Below are positions 1 through 11,093 of a stretch of DNA of 64,000 bases, piece by piece (the stretch's first letter is position 1; each line of letters opens with the position of its first letter). The stretch spans positions 196,168,001 to 196,232,000 of the forward strand of contig OZ038378.1 in assembly GCA_964036045.1 (NCBI GenBank), in the 5' to 3' direction. This DNA comes from Eutreptiella sp. 'Long Island Sound 2002' (lineage: Eukaryota > Protista > Euglenida). The notes beneath the pieces were generated by a model that worked only from the letters and a program-made list of their open reading frames with translations, had not been told where the DNA came from and made no database searches. The translations under genes and the position numbers were made by a program.

Positions 1-1137
1 GGTTCCAGGAACTGCCAAAAGGGCAAACAAAAAAGGCCGTCTGAGGGAATCACCTCGCAGAGGTTGTTGGATCAAAACCATGCAGGGCTGAATATATGGG
101 AAAACACCACATACCCCCCCCCCCCCCTCTTTGTGGGCAGATCTGCGTACCCCCCTCCCCTTGCCAAGCAAGCGCCCCTGCATAGTAAGCGGGGGGCCGA
201 GGGAACCGTCACTTTCTGTTTTGCAAACTTACTCAGAAGGTCGGACATTGAGTTTCTCCTGTGTGTTTGCTGGCTGGACAAGGGTATTGTTGGTGCATTG
301 GCGTGTACTTAGATTTCTGGCATCCAAGGCACTCCACTGCACCCTGTATCCTGCAGAGCACTTCAGTTAAAGTTACACAACCTACAGCGAAAGAGAAATT
401 ACTCACAATGACAATTTTTTGGTACACGAGTTACGTTTCTCGTGGGCCGATCTTTTAGTCGCATGCACGCCTGTGGGCACTGTTTTTTTGCGGGGGGGGG
501 GGGACCTGGGGCAGGTCATGCACACCAAACTGCTCTACTGATTTCAATGGTTCTCAAAAGGGTGTACAAGACAGCGTGATTTTTACAAAATTTACACAGA
601 ATTACCCCATGTGTTGATTGAATTTTGCATTTGTGTCTCTGTCAGGGGACATGGCCAGGGGCAGTCAGTCGGACAGAGCAGCCGGACGGCATGCCAGGGA
701 AAAGTACAAAGCTGACACTGAAGCTTGCACACCCAACGTTGTTGAGCGGGACCATCAGTAGCCACGTGTTTATTTCTATGTCAGCAAGACGTGGCTCGCC
801 AACATTTTGGGCTCATGAGGCATGGACGGGCTTCCCGTGAGCAAACGTAAAGGACGGAGGGAGGAGCCTCTTGTCATACAGGGCAGCAGCTCTCCTGATG
901 CCCGCACGACTTGCCCCTTGGGTGAATCTGGGCGACGGAATGGGCAGAAGCCCCATGGACTATTGCTCCTTAATATGATTTCCTTCCTTCCTGCAGGGAG
1001 GATTGTGCACCATGCCGGAGACCGCAGGAGTCTGCCATGCAACAGTTGTCTCCCGGGCATGACGGCATAACATGTAGCGCTGCGGCAAAGCGCTTCGGTG
1101 AGAGAGCTGCCGGAGGCTTCGCAGGCCCCCAACCGCC

Positions 1138-1278
1138 ATGTCCCGCATCCGCGAATTGAAGAAGCACCGGGACGCCAAGTCGCGAGATGCAACGGCGGCG
1201 CTCCTGCCCGTCCGCCTGAAAGCGACCAAAAAGCAATGGACAGGGACCCAGCTCCAGACCTCAAGGCAGGAGCACCAG
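1138..1278 (+). CDS. Gene 1, putative first exon (MSRIRELKKHRD...RQEHQ)
   Basis: ATG in context ccgccATG, CAG acceptor 13 nt upstream (possible trans-splice site), high GC3, donor CAG|GTCCTT in phase 0 matching the 5032 exon. Confidence 0.55.
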
Positions 1279-1406
1279 GTCCTTGTGTGCCGCACGCGCA
1301 GCTCTGCAGTGGGTCTGAGGACGGGCAGAAGGTTGCAGCTGACGTTTGGCGCCCTTCGGGCACTGCCCTCCCCCACCCCTGTCCAAGTCGCGGCGCTCGT
1401 CAGGGG

Positions 1407-1787
1407 TGGTCACGTCGGGCGGGTGGAACATTGCCCCAAGGGGGTAAAAGGGGCTGTTTCAGCCCCTTTTTCAAGACTGGGGGGGGGGGGGGGCTCTTCT
1501 GTAAGGCCATTATGGGGGGGGCAGACGGTCTGCATGGGACCAACATGGGGACCAAAACCCAAAAAGAATGAAAATGGCATTTTTGGAATCAGCGAGTCAA
1601 GGGGGTCAGAAAAGTGGTCATTTCCCCCAGTTTTGATAACAGAGATTGCAAAATGTTTTTGCCAAAAAATGGCCACAATCAAGGCCCCTGACAGAAGAGC
1701 CCCTTTTCCACCCCCCCACCCCCCTCGGGGTCGTGGGGACTATACAACCCGTCCCCCCCCCTTGCCTTGGGGCAACGTTCCACCCGC
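1407..1787. mobile_element. MITE with 23-bp inverted repeats (1419-1441 / 1765-1787) flanked by an 11-bp direct repeat
   Basis: 22/23 inverted match; CTCGTCAGGGG at 1396-1406 and 1788-1798, TSD length MULE-like. Confidence 0.6.
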
Positions 1788-2676
1788 CTCGTCAGGGGAC
1801 GAGTCCTCCGGGGATTTGGTTAGTGACAGGTTCTCCACGAATGCCAGCGACAGGCTACTGGAATTTGGGTGGGAAACTGATTACCGCACGGACGTCAGTG
1901 AGACCAGAAAGCGGAAGGGCAGGAGGGTAATCAAGACTAATTCTGACGCGGCCCAAAGGCACGCTGTTGACCTGAAACCCGAACGGTGGTGGGGCCTGAC
2001 GGCGCATTGCTGAACAGCCAGACTTATGTGTGATGACACCCGGCGGCGCCGTGCTGGGCCACTCGGGCACTGTGTGTCGCGGCTCCGCGGCATTGAGACA
2101 TGACGTGCATTTGAGGGTGCCCGAGTGATTCTGGAGGGGGACAACCATTGCCGATCTATGGCCAAGTCGTGGCGCGTGATGTGGTGTGTGCCCCACATGC
2201 GTGAGGGCAACTTTGTTGGAACTTGAGGAAAACCGGAGGGGGGTGCGAATTGCCATTTTTATGCAGGAGGATGGAGGGCCGTGGGGGTGCAAATGGTCGC
2301 TTTGTGCGGGGGGGTTGCCAAATCCAGAAACAAGGCTTGTGTCAGCCTGCAGCGGAACTGCCAATTCCCTGGTTGGAGGTGAAATCACCCCCCCTTCTCC
2401 TTTGAGAGAATGGCTTGCCCGCAGTGCGCCCGCAGTGCAAAGTTTTGTATGTTGGCACATCATCAAATCCTAGGGCCCTTTTCCACAAGTTTGTTGTTCC
2501 ATAATTGGGTTTTCAAAGCTTGTTGTGCATTTGGGATGTGCCATATTTTACTTGTCACCCATTTTCACCCATTTTCCGCCATTTTGAGCCCCTTGAGTGG
2601 GGAATATGGATTCTCAACCCACACTCTGTTGTGTGGCCCTTTGAGTTCGTGCCCTGCGTCATAGAAGAGACACATC

Positions 2677-3870
2677 ATGTCAATCCCCGCTAACGAGTCC
2701 GTTGCCACCCCATCGCCATCGGTCACCCTCAATGAGCATCTCTCGATCACCATCCCCGAAACGACCCGTCTACACATTCTCCGCGCTCTTCATCAAGAAG
2801 TGGATCCCCATCGTCTCAAAGGGCAAACCTCGGGCCCCGCAGCACTTAAGTGTTCATAAGTGCAGACCGCTCGACCGCATTGTATTTCACAATGAATTCC
2901 CCCAGGCCCATTTGCAGTTTTGGAAGGAACGCAGACACGCCAATGGGCGAAGTGGATGATCAATTGAAAGGTGAACATCAAGTTATGCGAGCGCTGAACC
3001 TGTCTGCAGCACAAAAAATCCGGGATCTAACACTCAAGACAAACGAACTGCTCTAAAAAGTCATCTGGATCTGCCGTCCAAAACTGGCCCCCGTGAGAAT
3101 CAACTGGCGCAAGAATACCGAGATCGATTGCAGATTACAATGGATGATATGGCAACGGCGATCTGTTTATCACTTCAACAGTATGATCTCGCAGAGGACT
3201 CGCAGCTCTTTGCCGCACGGAAAAACTTCTTTATGCTCATAGAACAAGGACGTGAATGTGAGACACAGCATGATATGGTCAACGACCATCATATGGAAGC
3301 CAAAAAGAAACTCAGAGATCAATGGACCCATGTTAACCAACAGATTGCGCAGACCGAGCTAGATTGCGCAGACCGCGCTGACCATCTATACACTCCCGCA
3401 GAGGCCGGATGATACCCTTGGAGACACTATCAAGGCACAACAAAATGAAGTGCTTCGACAATAGCAAGTACTTGCAGATCAAAGAACCCAGATGGATCGT
3501 AAGCTTGCGGTGGTTTTTAGCACCCCCCGCCCCCCCAGCTTTTTAATTAGGTCCCCCCCCCCCCCCCGCTCATAAGAAACACAAGTCTTTCTACCCAGAC
3601 ACGGTGCGTGATTCGCAGCCCTTCCCCGATGCCATTCCCCCTCTCTTCCCATCATTTTCACAAGCCAATATAAAAGCCGTCGTTGATATGCGACACAACA
3701 TCATACAAAAGCATGCCCCAAAGTCTAATAGACTCTTGATGACAGCAGAGCAACAGCAACCGATGCTACAATTTCACTGGCAAAAAGGTTTTGTTCCCCT
3801 ACAATCCCACACCAACCTGTCCACAGAGAGCACCGCCAAGCTAGAATGGTCATCCGCAATACCCTGATGC
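2677..3870 (+). pseudogene. Decayed coiled-coil-rich ORF, possibly a retroelement ORF1/gag-like remnant
   Basis: Consecutive protein-like frames (2850-3056, 3128-3412, 3604-3867) broken by stops and frameshifts; lower GC than host exons. Confidence 0.35.
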
Positions 3871-4641
3871 CCTGTTGCTTCATCCGCACGTGTTGCTTGA
3901 TGTTTCCTCCCTCCTTCTCCTCTAGGTGGTCTTTAATACATGTGCCCGCAGTGCGCTTGCAGTGCGCCCGCATTGCAAAGTTTGTCCCTAGGTTGGAGGA
4001 GTTGCCAGATGAGTATTCGGATTCTGATTTGTCGGTGGGGGGGGTCCAAGATTTCTGATGATGAGAGGCCTGATGAGGAGAAAGATTTTGAGACCTCTGT
4101 TTAGTGCCCAAGGTTGTTGTTTGTTGCTAACCGGCACCCTGGGGGGCAGAACTCCGTGAAATATTCAATAACTGCTGAGGCAGTGAACTCAAGGCAACGT
4201 TTGGTACTGTTCTGAAGAGCTGTGATCGTATACCTGTGTCCCGGGGGTATACGGAAGCTAAGCATCCGGTGCTTCATCCCCCCCCCCCCTCTGCCCTTTG
4301 CCCAATCCAGGAGCTTGCTTTGAGACCTGTGGTACTGTTGTGGATGCCGGAGTGATTCTGGAGGGTAGCGACCATCGCTGATTCATGGCCAATGTAGGAG
4401 CTCTTGGTAGGTGGCAGTGTTAAACGGGCAGTATGGGTACCCTTTCCTGCACCAGCTCACCATGGAATCCTCTCTTTTTGAACCTGGGCCAGTCATTTCT
4501 ATCGTGTGGTCACTCAAGTGTGGGAGTGTGAGTCGGTATTACGGTCTTGTCTCAGCTACAGGGACCGTGTCAATTTGGGACTTTTGCGTAGCTTGGACAA
4601 AGGGGGGGGGGTCCCTTCATTGTCGAGTTGGGCGGTGGATT

Positions 4642-4956
4642 CAGGGTTCTTCTTAGTGTGTGTCCTACCCGACGGGGATGGGGTGGGTTTTTCAGAATTT
4701 CTGGGTGGGTGGGTTTCCAACGCCCCCCCCCCCCCCCTCTCCCCGTAGGGTAGGCCATTGTGGGGGACTTTGGGTCAGCGCAGAAGGTGCTGGTCAAGGC
4801 ATTTTTCCTGTGGTGGTTAGGTGGGTGCGTGGGTGGGTAGGTGTCCAATAGCCCCTCGTGGGGGAGGGACATTTGTGGGTCTGTGGGTTTGCCAAATATC
4901 TGGGTGGGTGGGTCCCTGAAATCCCCCCCCCCCCCCCGTGGTTGAGAAAAACCCTG
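4642..4956 (+). mobile_element. MITE family K, 6/8 TSD
   Basis: GGTGGATT / GGCGGCTT flanks; CAGGGTT...AACCCTG termini. Confidence 0.8.
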
Positions 4957-5031
4957 GGCGGCTTCAAAGCCACTGGGAGATGCTGCATACAGTGGCTTCA
5001 GGCCATAGCCCCATCACATCTCCTCCCCAAG

Positions 5032-5244
5032 GCCTGGGATGACCACTTGACGAAGCATCCCAGCATCCCCAAGTACAATTCCCTGTATGACGCCAATCTG
5101 GCCAAGTTCTGGCTGAATCGTGAGACCCCTTCGCTCAAGTTCTACAAGAACCTTCTGGAGCCCCCGAGCACTTTCAAAACAGACACCGTCTTCTTTGCAA
5201 AGCTGAACCAGATTGCGATGGAGGATTTAAAGACTGGAACGGAG
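5032..5244 (+). CDS. Gene 1 exon (AWDDHLTKHPSIPKYNSLYDANLAKFW...DLKTGTE)
   Basis: AAG acceptor, GAG|GTGCTG donor, strong coding bias, phase 0/0. Confidence 0.75.
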
Positions 5245-5368
5245 GTGCTGCCCCTCCCGTGCGAGGTGATGCCCCCATCCGATGTCGACTCCCAGACCAA
5301 CGCATGCCCCTCTGACGATGTCTGCGTGTGTGTCCGTGCCGGTGTTTTCATCCTGCACGCAGGGTATC

Positions 5369-6393
5369 CAGGGCTGTCCGAAAGAACCCCGACTTTTTTA
5401 TGGTTAAGGACAGCCCCCAAGGACCACCAACCGCCAACCGCCAACCGCCACCAACCCCCATCTGCCAACCGCCAACCGCCACCCGCCTCCAACGCAAGCA
5501 AACATGGAGTGGGGCGGGGAACGACACCACCTGGCATCTCCCAGGCCCCTCCCCCTCCACAACCGACGCAGCACGAAGGCCGCCAGTGGTCAGCACTGGC
5601 GGCACAGGCCCGCTGCTTGCCCTCCACCTCCACCTCCTCCTCGTGCACACGCTGCCACCGTGCACCCCCTGCCCCCACTGCCATCGCCCTTTGCCATGCA
5701 GCGCCCGGTCGCGCACAGCACCGCACGGAGGCTTGAAGACGGTGTCGGGTGGTGCGCCGCGCCTATTGTGAATATTGCGCGGCCCACGTCGACGTTTGTT
5801 GAGGTGCGAAGAGACATGCCGTCAGATGTGCTGGGGAGTGCAGAAGAGCAACGAAAAGGCACCCAGAAGAGCCGCAGGAGCATAAACAGCCTCCAGAGAC
5901 ACAGAGATACACTCGGGGCCGTCCTTAAGGGGGGGGACAACGGGTTTCGTAACGCCAACAGAAACAAGCGTTCACAGGGATGCTCTCTGCTTCATGGTCA
6001 AGACATGGGCAAGACACAAACCACAGAAACGGTATTGAACAACGGTTGGCGGTTGGCGGCGGGTGGCGGTTGGCGGTTGGCGGTTGGCGGATGGGGGTTG
6101 GTGGGCCCCACTCCATGTTTGCTTGCCTGCTACCCCGGGCTGTCCTGAAGAACTCCTTTTCCTTTTTTTGTTTTTTTTGTGAAGGCTAGTCCTTAAGGAC
6201 AACTCCAAGGAACCGCCAACCGCCAACCGCCAACCGACATCAATCACCAACCGCCACCAATCGCCAACCATTGTTCAATAATGCTTCCGTGGTCTTGTGT
6301 CTTGTCCATGTCTTGCCCATGAAGCAGAGAGCGTCTGCGTGAAGGTTCGTTTCTACTGGCGGTTCTTTTTTTCTTCACTTAAGGACAGCCTTG
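5369..6393. mobile_element. Cluster of three family B pieces (5369-5515 +, about 5915-6125 -, 6135-6393 +)
   Basis: Shared GGACAGCCC and (CCAACCG)n sequence in alternating orientation. Confidence 0.75.
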
Positions 6394-8718
6394 CTCCCCC
6401 CTCCCCCCCCTTTCTCTCTTGTCAATGGCGGGGGCATGGAGTCGGTTTTCATTACGGGACGGCGTGAGCCGAAGGTTCCATGCAATATTATTGGGGGGGG
6501 GGGGGGGCACACGAGTTTTCCATAAAGAAATCGATTTGAAACCATGAATATACAGCGATTTGCAAGCTCTAAAATGCTGTTGAATCGATTTTCTGTGCAG
6601 ATGCGTAAATCTGTCATCTGTTGGTAAAATCGTCAATTTCGGCGATCTGGGAGCATGGTAGCAAGGTTTTGAGGTGAAACTTGAATTTTGCCTCAAAAAC
6701 TGTCCTGGAATACCACTTGAGCTGTCCAAATTCGACACGGTGGGCCCAAGTTATGAATGTTTGAGGTTTTTACAAGGTTTGTCCCATGCAGTCTGTTTTG
6801 ACTGCCCCATGCCCCTCACACAGGGGCCATAGGAACTAACGGGGAGATGACTCTTCACCATGGGTGTCCATGGCTGCTCCTTCAAGCCGGTCCGGTGTGC
6901 GGGGGGGGGGGCTCCATAAAGGGCCTTCCGGCCTTGAACCAGACGGCGGCCCTGTTTCATGGTACTTGGCTTGGTTTACCTAAAGGCAAACCTTTAGGCA
7001 AACCAAGCTGAGTACCGCCTGTTGCTACGTCTGGTTCTCCGTTTCTACACGGAAAAGAGAGTTTCACTGCCGTATGGGTACGCCCCCCACAAATTGTCCG
7101 TCACGCCCCCCCGCAAATTGTCTGTCAGGCGTCTGCTCATTGTCCCCGTGTCTGTGCCTGACGTGCCGGTGGTGTGCGTGTTGTGTGGACGTGTGCGGTG
7201 CGACCCCCCGGCTGGTCGGTCCCTCCGGTGCGCACATGGGCTGTCATGTTGGCTGCCCTGTGCACAGGGGGCGTGTGTTGTGCCCCCTCGGGCAGTGAGC
7301 ACATGTCTCTTTACCAACACCGCCCGCACTCGCGCCGCTGTGCGACCGGGAGCCGTGCCAAGACCCCCCCTCCCCCTCTTTGCGGGTGCCCCCAAAGTAG
7401 CCACCAAGCGCCGTCGGCTGATCACCAACCGCCGGCAGTCCCCCCCCCCCCCCCCGTGATGACCGCATACCGGCACTGATCAGGCCGTCAGGGGAGGACG
7501 CCATGGGCAGAAGTTGCATTCTGGATTCCCACCCAGGCCTCAGGTGGATGCCCGCAGTAGTACGGATGCCTGCTTGTCATAGCAGAAGGTTCAAAGGCGA
7601 GAGGCCAATAGGCGCCGCCACAGGCTAACAGAGCCAACCACCAAGGCCTTGTGTCACCCCCCCCCCCCCCCCCTCCCCGAATGACGGCCCGTGGCCCTCC
7701 CAACGGCCCCGTGTGGCATCATCGAAGACCGCCTTCGTCTGCCTGTCCTCTTGTGGGAATCAAACCGATATTCCCCCCCCCCCCCCCATGTCCGAACATG
7801 GGCTTGTCCAAACACGGCAACCCCGTGTTCCCGCTTTTGAGTCTTTTTTGGAACCATCGTTTTTGCGGTTCCAATCCAATAGAGAATGTGGTTTGTAGCT
7901 TTGGGCAGGCTGCAGGAACCGCTGGCGTAGCTGCACTTCCATGTGCTCTCATGTTCTGGGGTGTATGCTGGCCTCTTGCTTTGTGTTGTCATGTTTTGAG
8001 GGGTCGGGGTGGCTGATGTCTGCAGCATGTGGTCCGTGGTACGTGCGTCGCGCGTAACACGGGCTTACGGCGACCGCGTGTTTCCGCACTTTTCCCCCTG
8101 GAACCGGACCCTGGCGCGTGTCAGGACAGGGGGGGGGGGGGTCCTTCTGTGCCCGATGATATGTGAACCCACCAAAATATAGTTCACAGGGCTGAGGTGC
8201 AGTGGAACCGCATCGCACTTCTTGTGTTTGCTACTCTACTGCAGCGAAAGGCGCCCATGACATGTCACTGAAGAGCTTTCCTCTTTCACTTTTTTTACTT
8301 TGCACCTCTGCTTTGTGCCAGACGGTACCGGTCGTGCACACGCATCTGTGGGGGCGTACCGTGCGCTGTGCCCGCGCTGTGCCCGCGCTGTGCGAAAAGT
8401 TGGCTGTTCTCCACCACCGGGAGTTCGGTAAGTTCAGAAGATTGAAAGGACGTCATTGAATGGCTGCTGCAGTGGATGGGGCTATAGGGGGCAGAATTTA
8501 GGTCCCTGGGACCCATGGCCGGCATCAGATGTTTGAATTTTTGATTTTTGAATTGATTGTGCATGATTCCGCAGGTGTGTGGTTTTCAGGGTTGTTACCT
8601 GGATAATCACCGTAATAATTGGCGCTGTGCCCGCGCTGTGCCCGCGCTGTGCGAAAACGCCCCCTGTATCCCACAGCGCGCGATGGGGGGGTGCACACGC
8701 CGCGCCCCTTCTGCACAG

Positions 8719-9015
8719 GCCTGCACATCCCCCACCGTCCAGCCTCTGCCCTTGAGCCTGTCCCACTCGCAACGCCCCCTCGGGGCCTCCGTCGCCTCCA
8801 CCGCCAGCCGCCCGGCCTCCGCAAAGCCGAAGGCGCACGGCCGCACGCTCCGCCCGCAGTCCGCGCAGCCCGGTGCTGCCGGGCCCGTGGGGGCGCGCTT
8901 CTTCACGCGCCTGCGCCCGAAGTCGGCGCAGGCGAAGTACGCGGACCACACGACGCTGGACGCCTTGTGGGGGAAGGCGGTGGCCCGCCTCCGCAGTTTG
9001 TGGCATGAGCTGCAG
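8719..9015 (+). CDS. Gene 1 exon (ACTSPT...KAVARLRSLWHELQ)
   Basis: cacag acceptor, CAG|GTCTGT donor, very high GC3, phase 0/0; joins the next exon to give LRSLWHELQ-VSY. Confidence 0.8.
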
Positions 9016-10776
9016 GTCTGTTTGCCACTGGGCTGTGGAAGCGGGACCCATGGGGCCCTACCGGGGAGGACTCTGCCACTTTCAGTCTGGCGTGGGTTGG
9101 TTGACAAATTGCACTTTCTATAGCCCTTAGGGACCCTTGAGCCGCGAGAGGGGACAATTCTAGGGCCACTTGGTATTGCTCCGGCAAATCGTCTCCAATG
9201 TGGACTTGCCAAACGCAATAGAATTTAAATGAGAGATTGAAACTGCAATGACACAATTGCAATCAAAAAATGTGTGGGGGGGTGTTTTGAAACTCCACCG
9301 GGGGTAAGAGCCTCATTAAGGTGAGCTCAACGAATATGTACGTGCAACCTTTGGTGGGCGTATCCTATTGGATACAGGCCGCCTGCCAAGAGCTAATGGA
9401 TCGCAATCACTCCTGCATCAGATGCTCTTGGGATGTGCTCGGCCGCCCCGTTTCCAGTTGGGGATTTCAGGGAGAGTCCCGAGGTTGAAGGTGCACAATT
9501 CAAAACAAGAGGTCTGGGGACGCCACTAGACACTGGGGTTGGGGCAGGGTTGGGGGTTATAGTCCCGTATTGGGTGTCCCCAGCAAGGTTGTGCAGCTCT
9601 GTTGGTGATCAAGTGTGCCCCCCATTCCTTCTTCCTCAGCCTTCATGGCAACCCCCCGATTCCCCTTCTGGCAGCAAGGGGCAAGCTAGCGCAAAGCAGA
9701 AGAACATGATAGCTCAGCCCATGTGGTTCGGATCCGCCTGACATTTTGCCGGATGACACCTCGGAGCATGAAGTTGGATCGCACATACACAAACACACAA
9801 AGTTTGAGCAGAAAAATCAGGCAACATCGCCTTCTGCAGTCTTTGGTGTATGGCACATGCGTGATGGGTACCATCTGCATGCAAACCGACCCAAGTAAAG
9901 GCAAAACAGATTCATTTGGACTTTATTAGGGACCCTTGTGGCCCTGTTTTGCCTGCCGAAGTGGCCAACGTGGGGCACAAACAACGACGCACAATGACAC
10001 TTTTTTTCCAAGATTGGACCGCTTGTTGAGTCGTGCGTCGTTGTGCGTGTTGGGGGTAGGGCTACCGTTGGGCATTTGGGGGGGGCACTTGGGATAGAAA
10101 AGAGGGTGGTTTCAGGCGATGGACCTGGTGGCCCTCTTGTGCCCCCCCCCGCGCCCCGGAGATGCCCGAACAATGGCCCATGGGGCCAACAACGCTTCAA
10201 CTAGCGGTTAGGCAACCGGCAGACCCCCCTTGTGGGCGGAGGGAGCGTTGGTAGTGGGGGGAACGCCAGGGGCACCACCAGGGGTGGGTGCGCTAGGGCT
10301 CATTTTGACAACTTCGGCACCACCGGGGGGGGGGGGGTGCGGAGGGGAGGTCCACCCCCCCTCCTTTGTCCATCCCCCCGGGGGGAGGGGCCACTTTGTC
10401 AACCACCAAAAAATCGCACGTTGCAATTGATAGGTGCTCTGTGTTGCCCCAGTGCTATTGTTGCCCACCCGCTGTACAAATGCGCAACAACTGCTGCTCT
10501 GCGTCGCTCCGTTTGTGCAGGTGTCGCCGCAGGAGTGCAATCGATTCTGTGCCACTTACTTGAAGCAGGTGCGGCTGCAGCGCTGCCCTTTGAGGACGTA
10601 GCTGTGCAGGCCCCACTCGCCTGCTTGGAATCCCTTCCTCTGAAAAGTACGGGTGGGCCATGTTTCAGTGAAAGTCCTTTGGGGTGAAGCGGTTCCACAA
10701 GCACCCGACGACGGCGGCTTCAAACAACCATTTTCCGGAAAAGTTGTCCGTAGATACAGGGGCCAGAGGGCACGCA

Positions 10777-10890
10777 GAGGGCATGGGCATGCGGAGGGCA
10801 TGGGCATGCGGAGGGCATGGGCATGCGGAGGGCATGGGCATGCGGAGGGCATGGGCATGCGGAGGGCATGGGCATGCGGAGGGCATGCAG
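10777..10890. repeat. 18-bp tandem repeat (GGGCATGGGCATGCGGAG-like), about 6 copies
   Basis: Direct inspection. Confidence 0.95.
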
Positions 10891-10995
10891 AGCACAGGAG
10901 GGGACGCAGGAGGGCCCACAGAAGAGCACGCAGAGGGCACGCAGCGGCCGTGCAGCGGATACACACAGCACATCAGGTACGCTCCCCCTGCGCAG

Positions 10996-11093
10996 GTGTC
11001 CTACAACAACCTGCGGCACGCGCAAGAGGAGGCGGATCGCCTGCTACGAATCTCCACGGACACCAAGCGGCTGCTCCAGTGCGTCACCGCCCG
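10996..11093 (+). CDS. Gene 1 exon (VSYNNLRHAQEEADRLLRISTDTKRLLQCVTAR)
   Basis: cgcag acceptor, CG|GTGTGT donor, high GC3, helical or coiled-coil character. Confidence 0.8.

Noticed and set aside
4056-4085. CTGATGA...GAAA as a hammerhead ribozyme
   Set aside because: No stem II or flanking stems can be formed.
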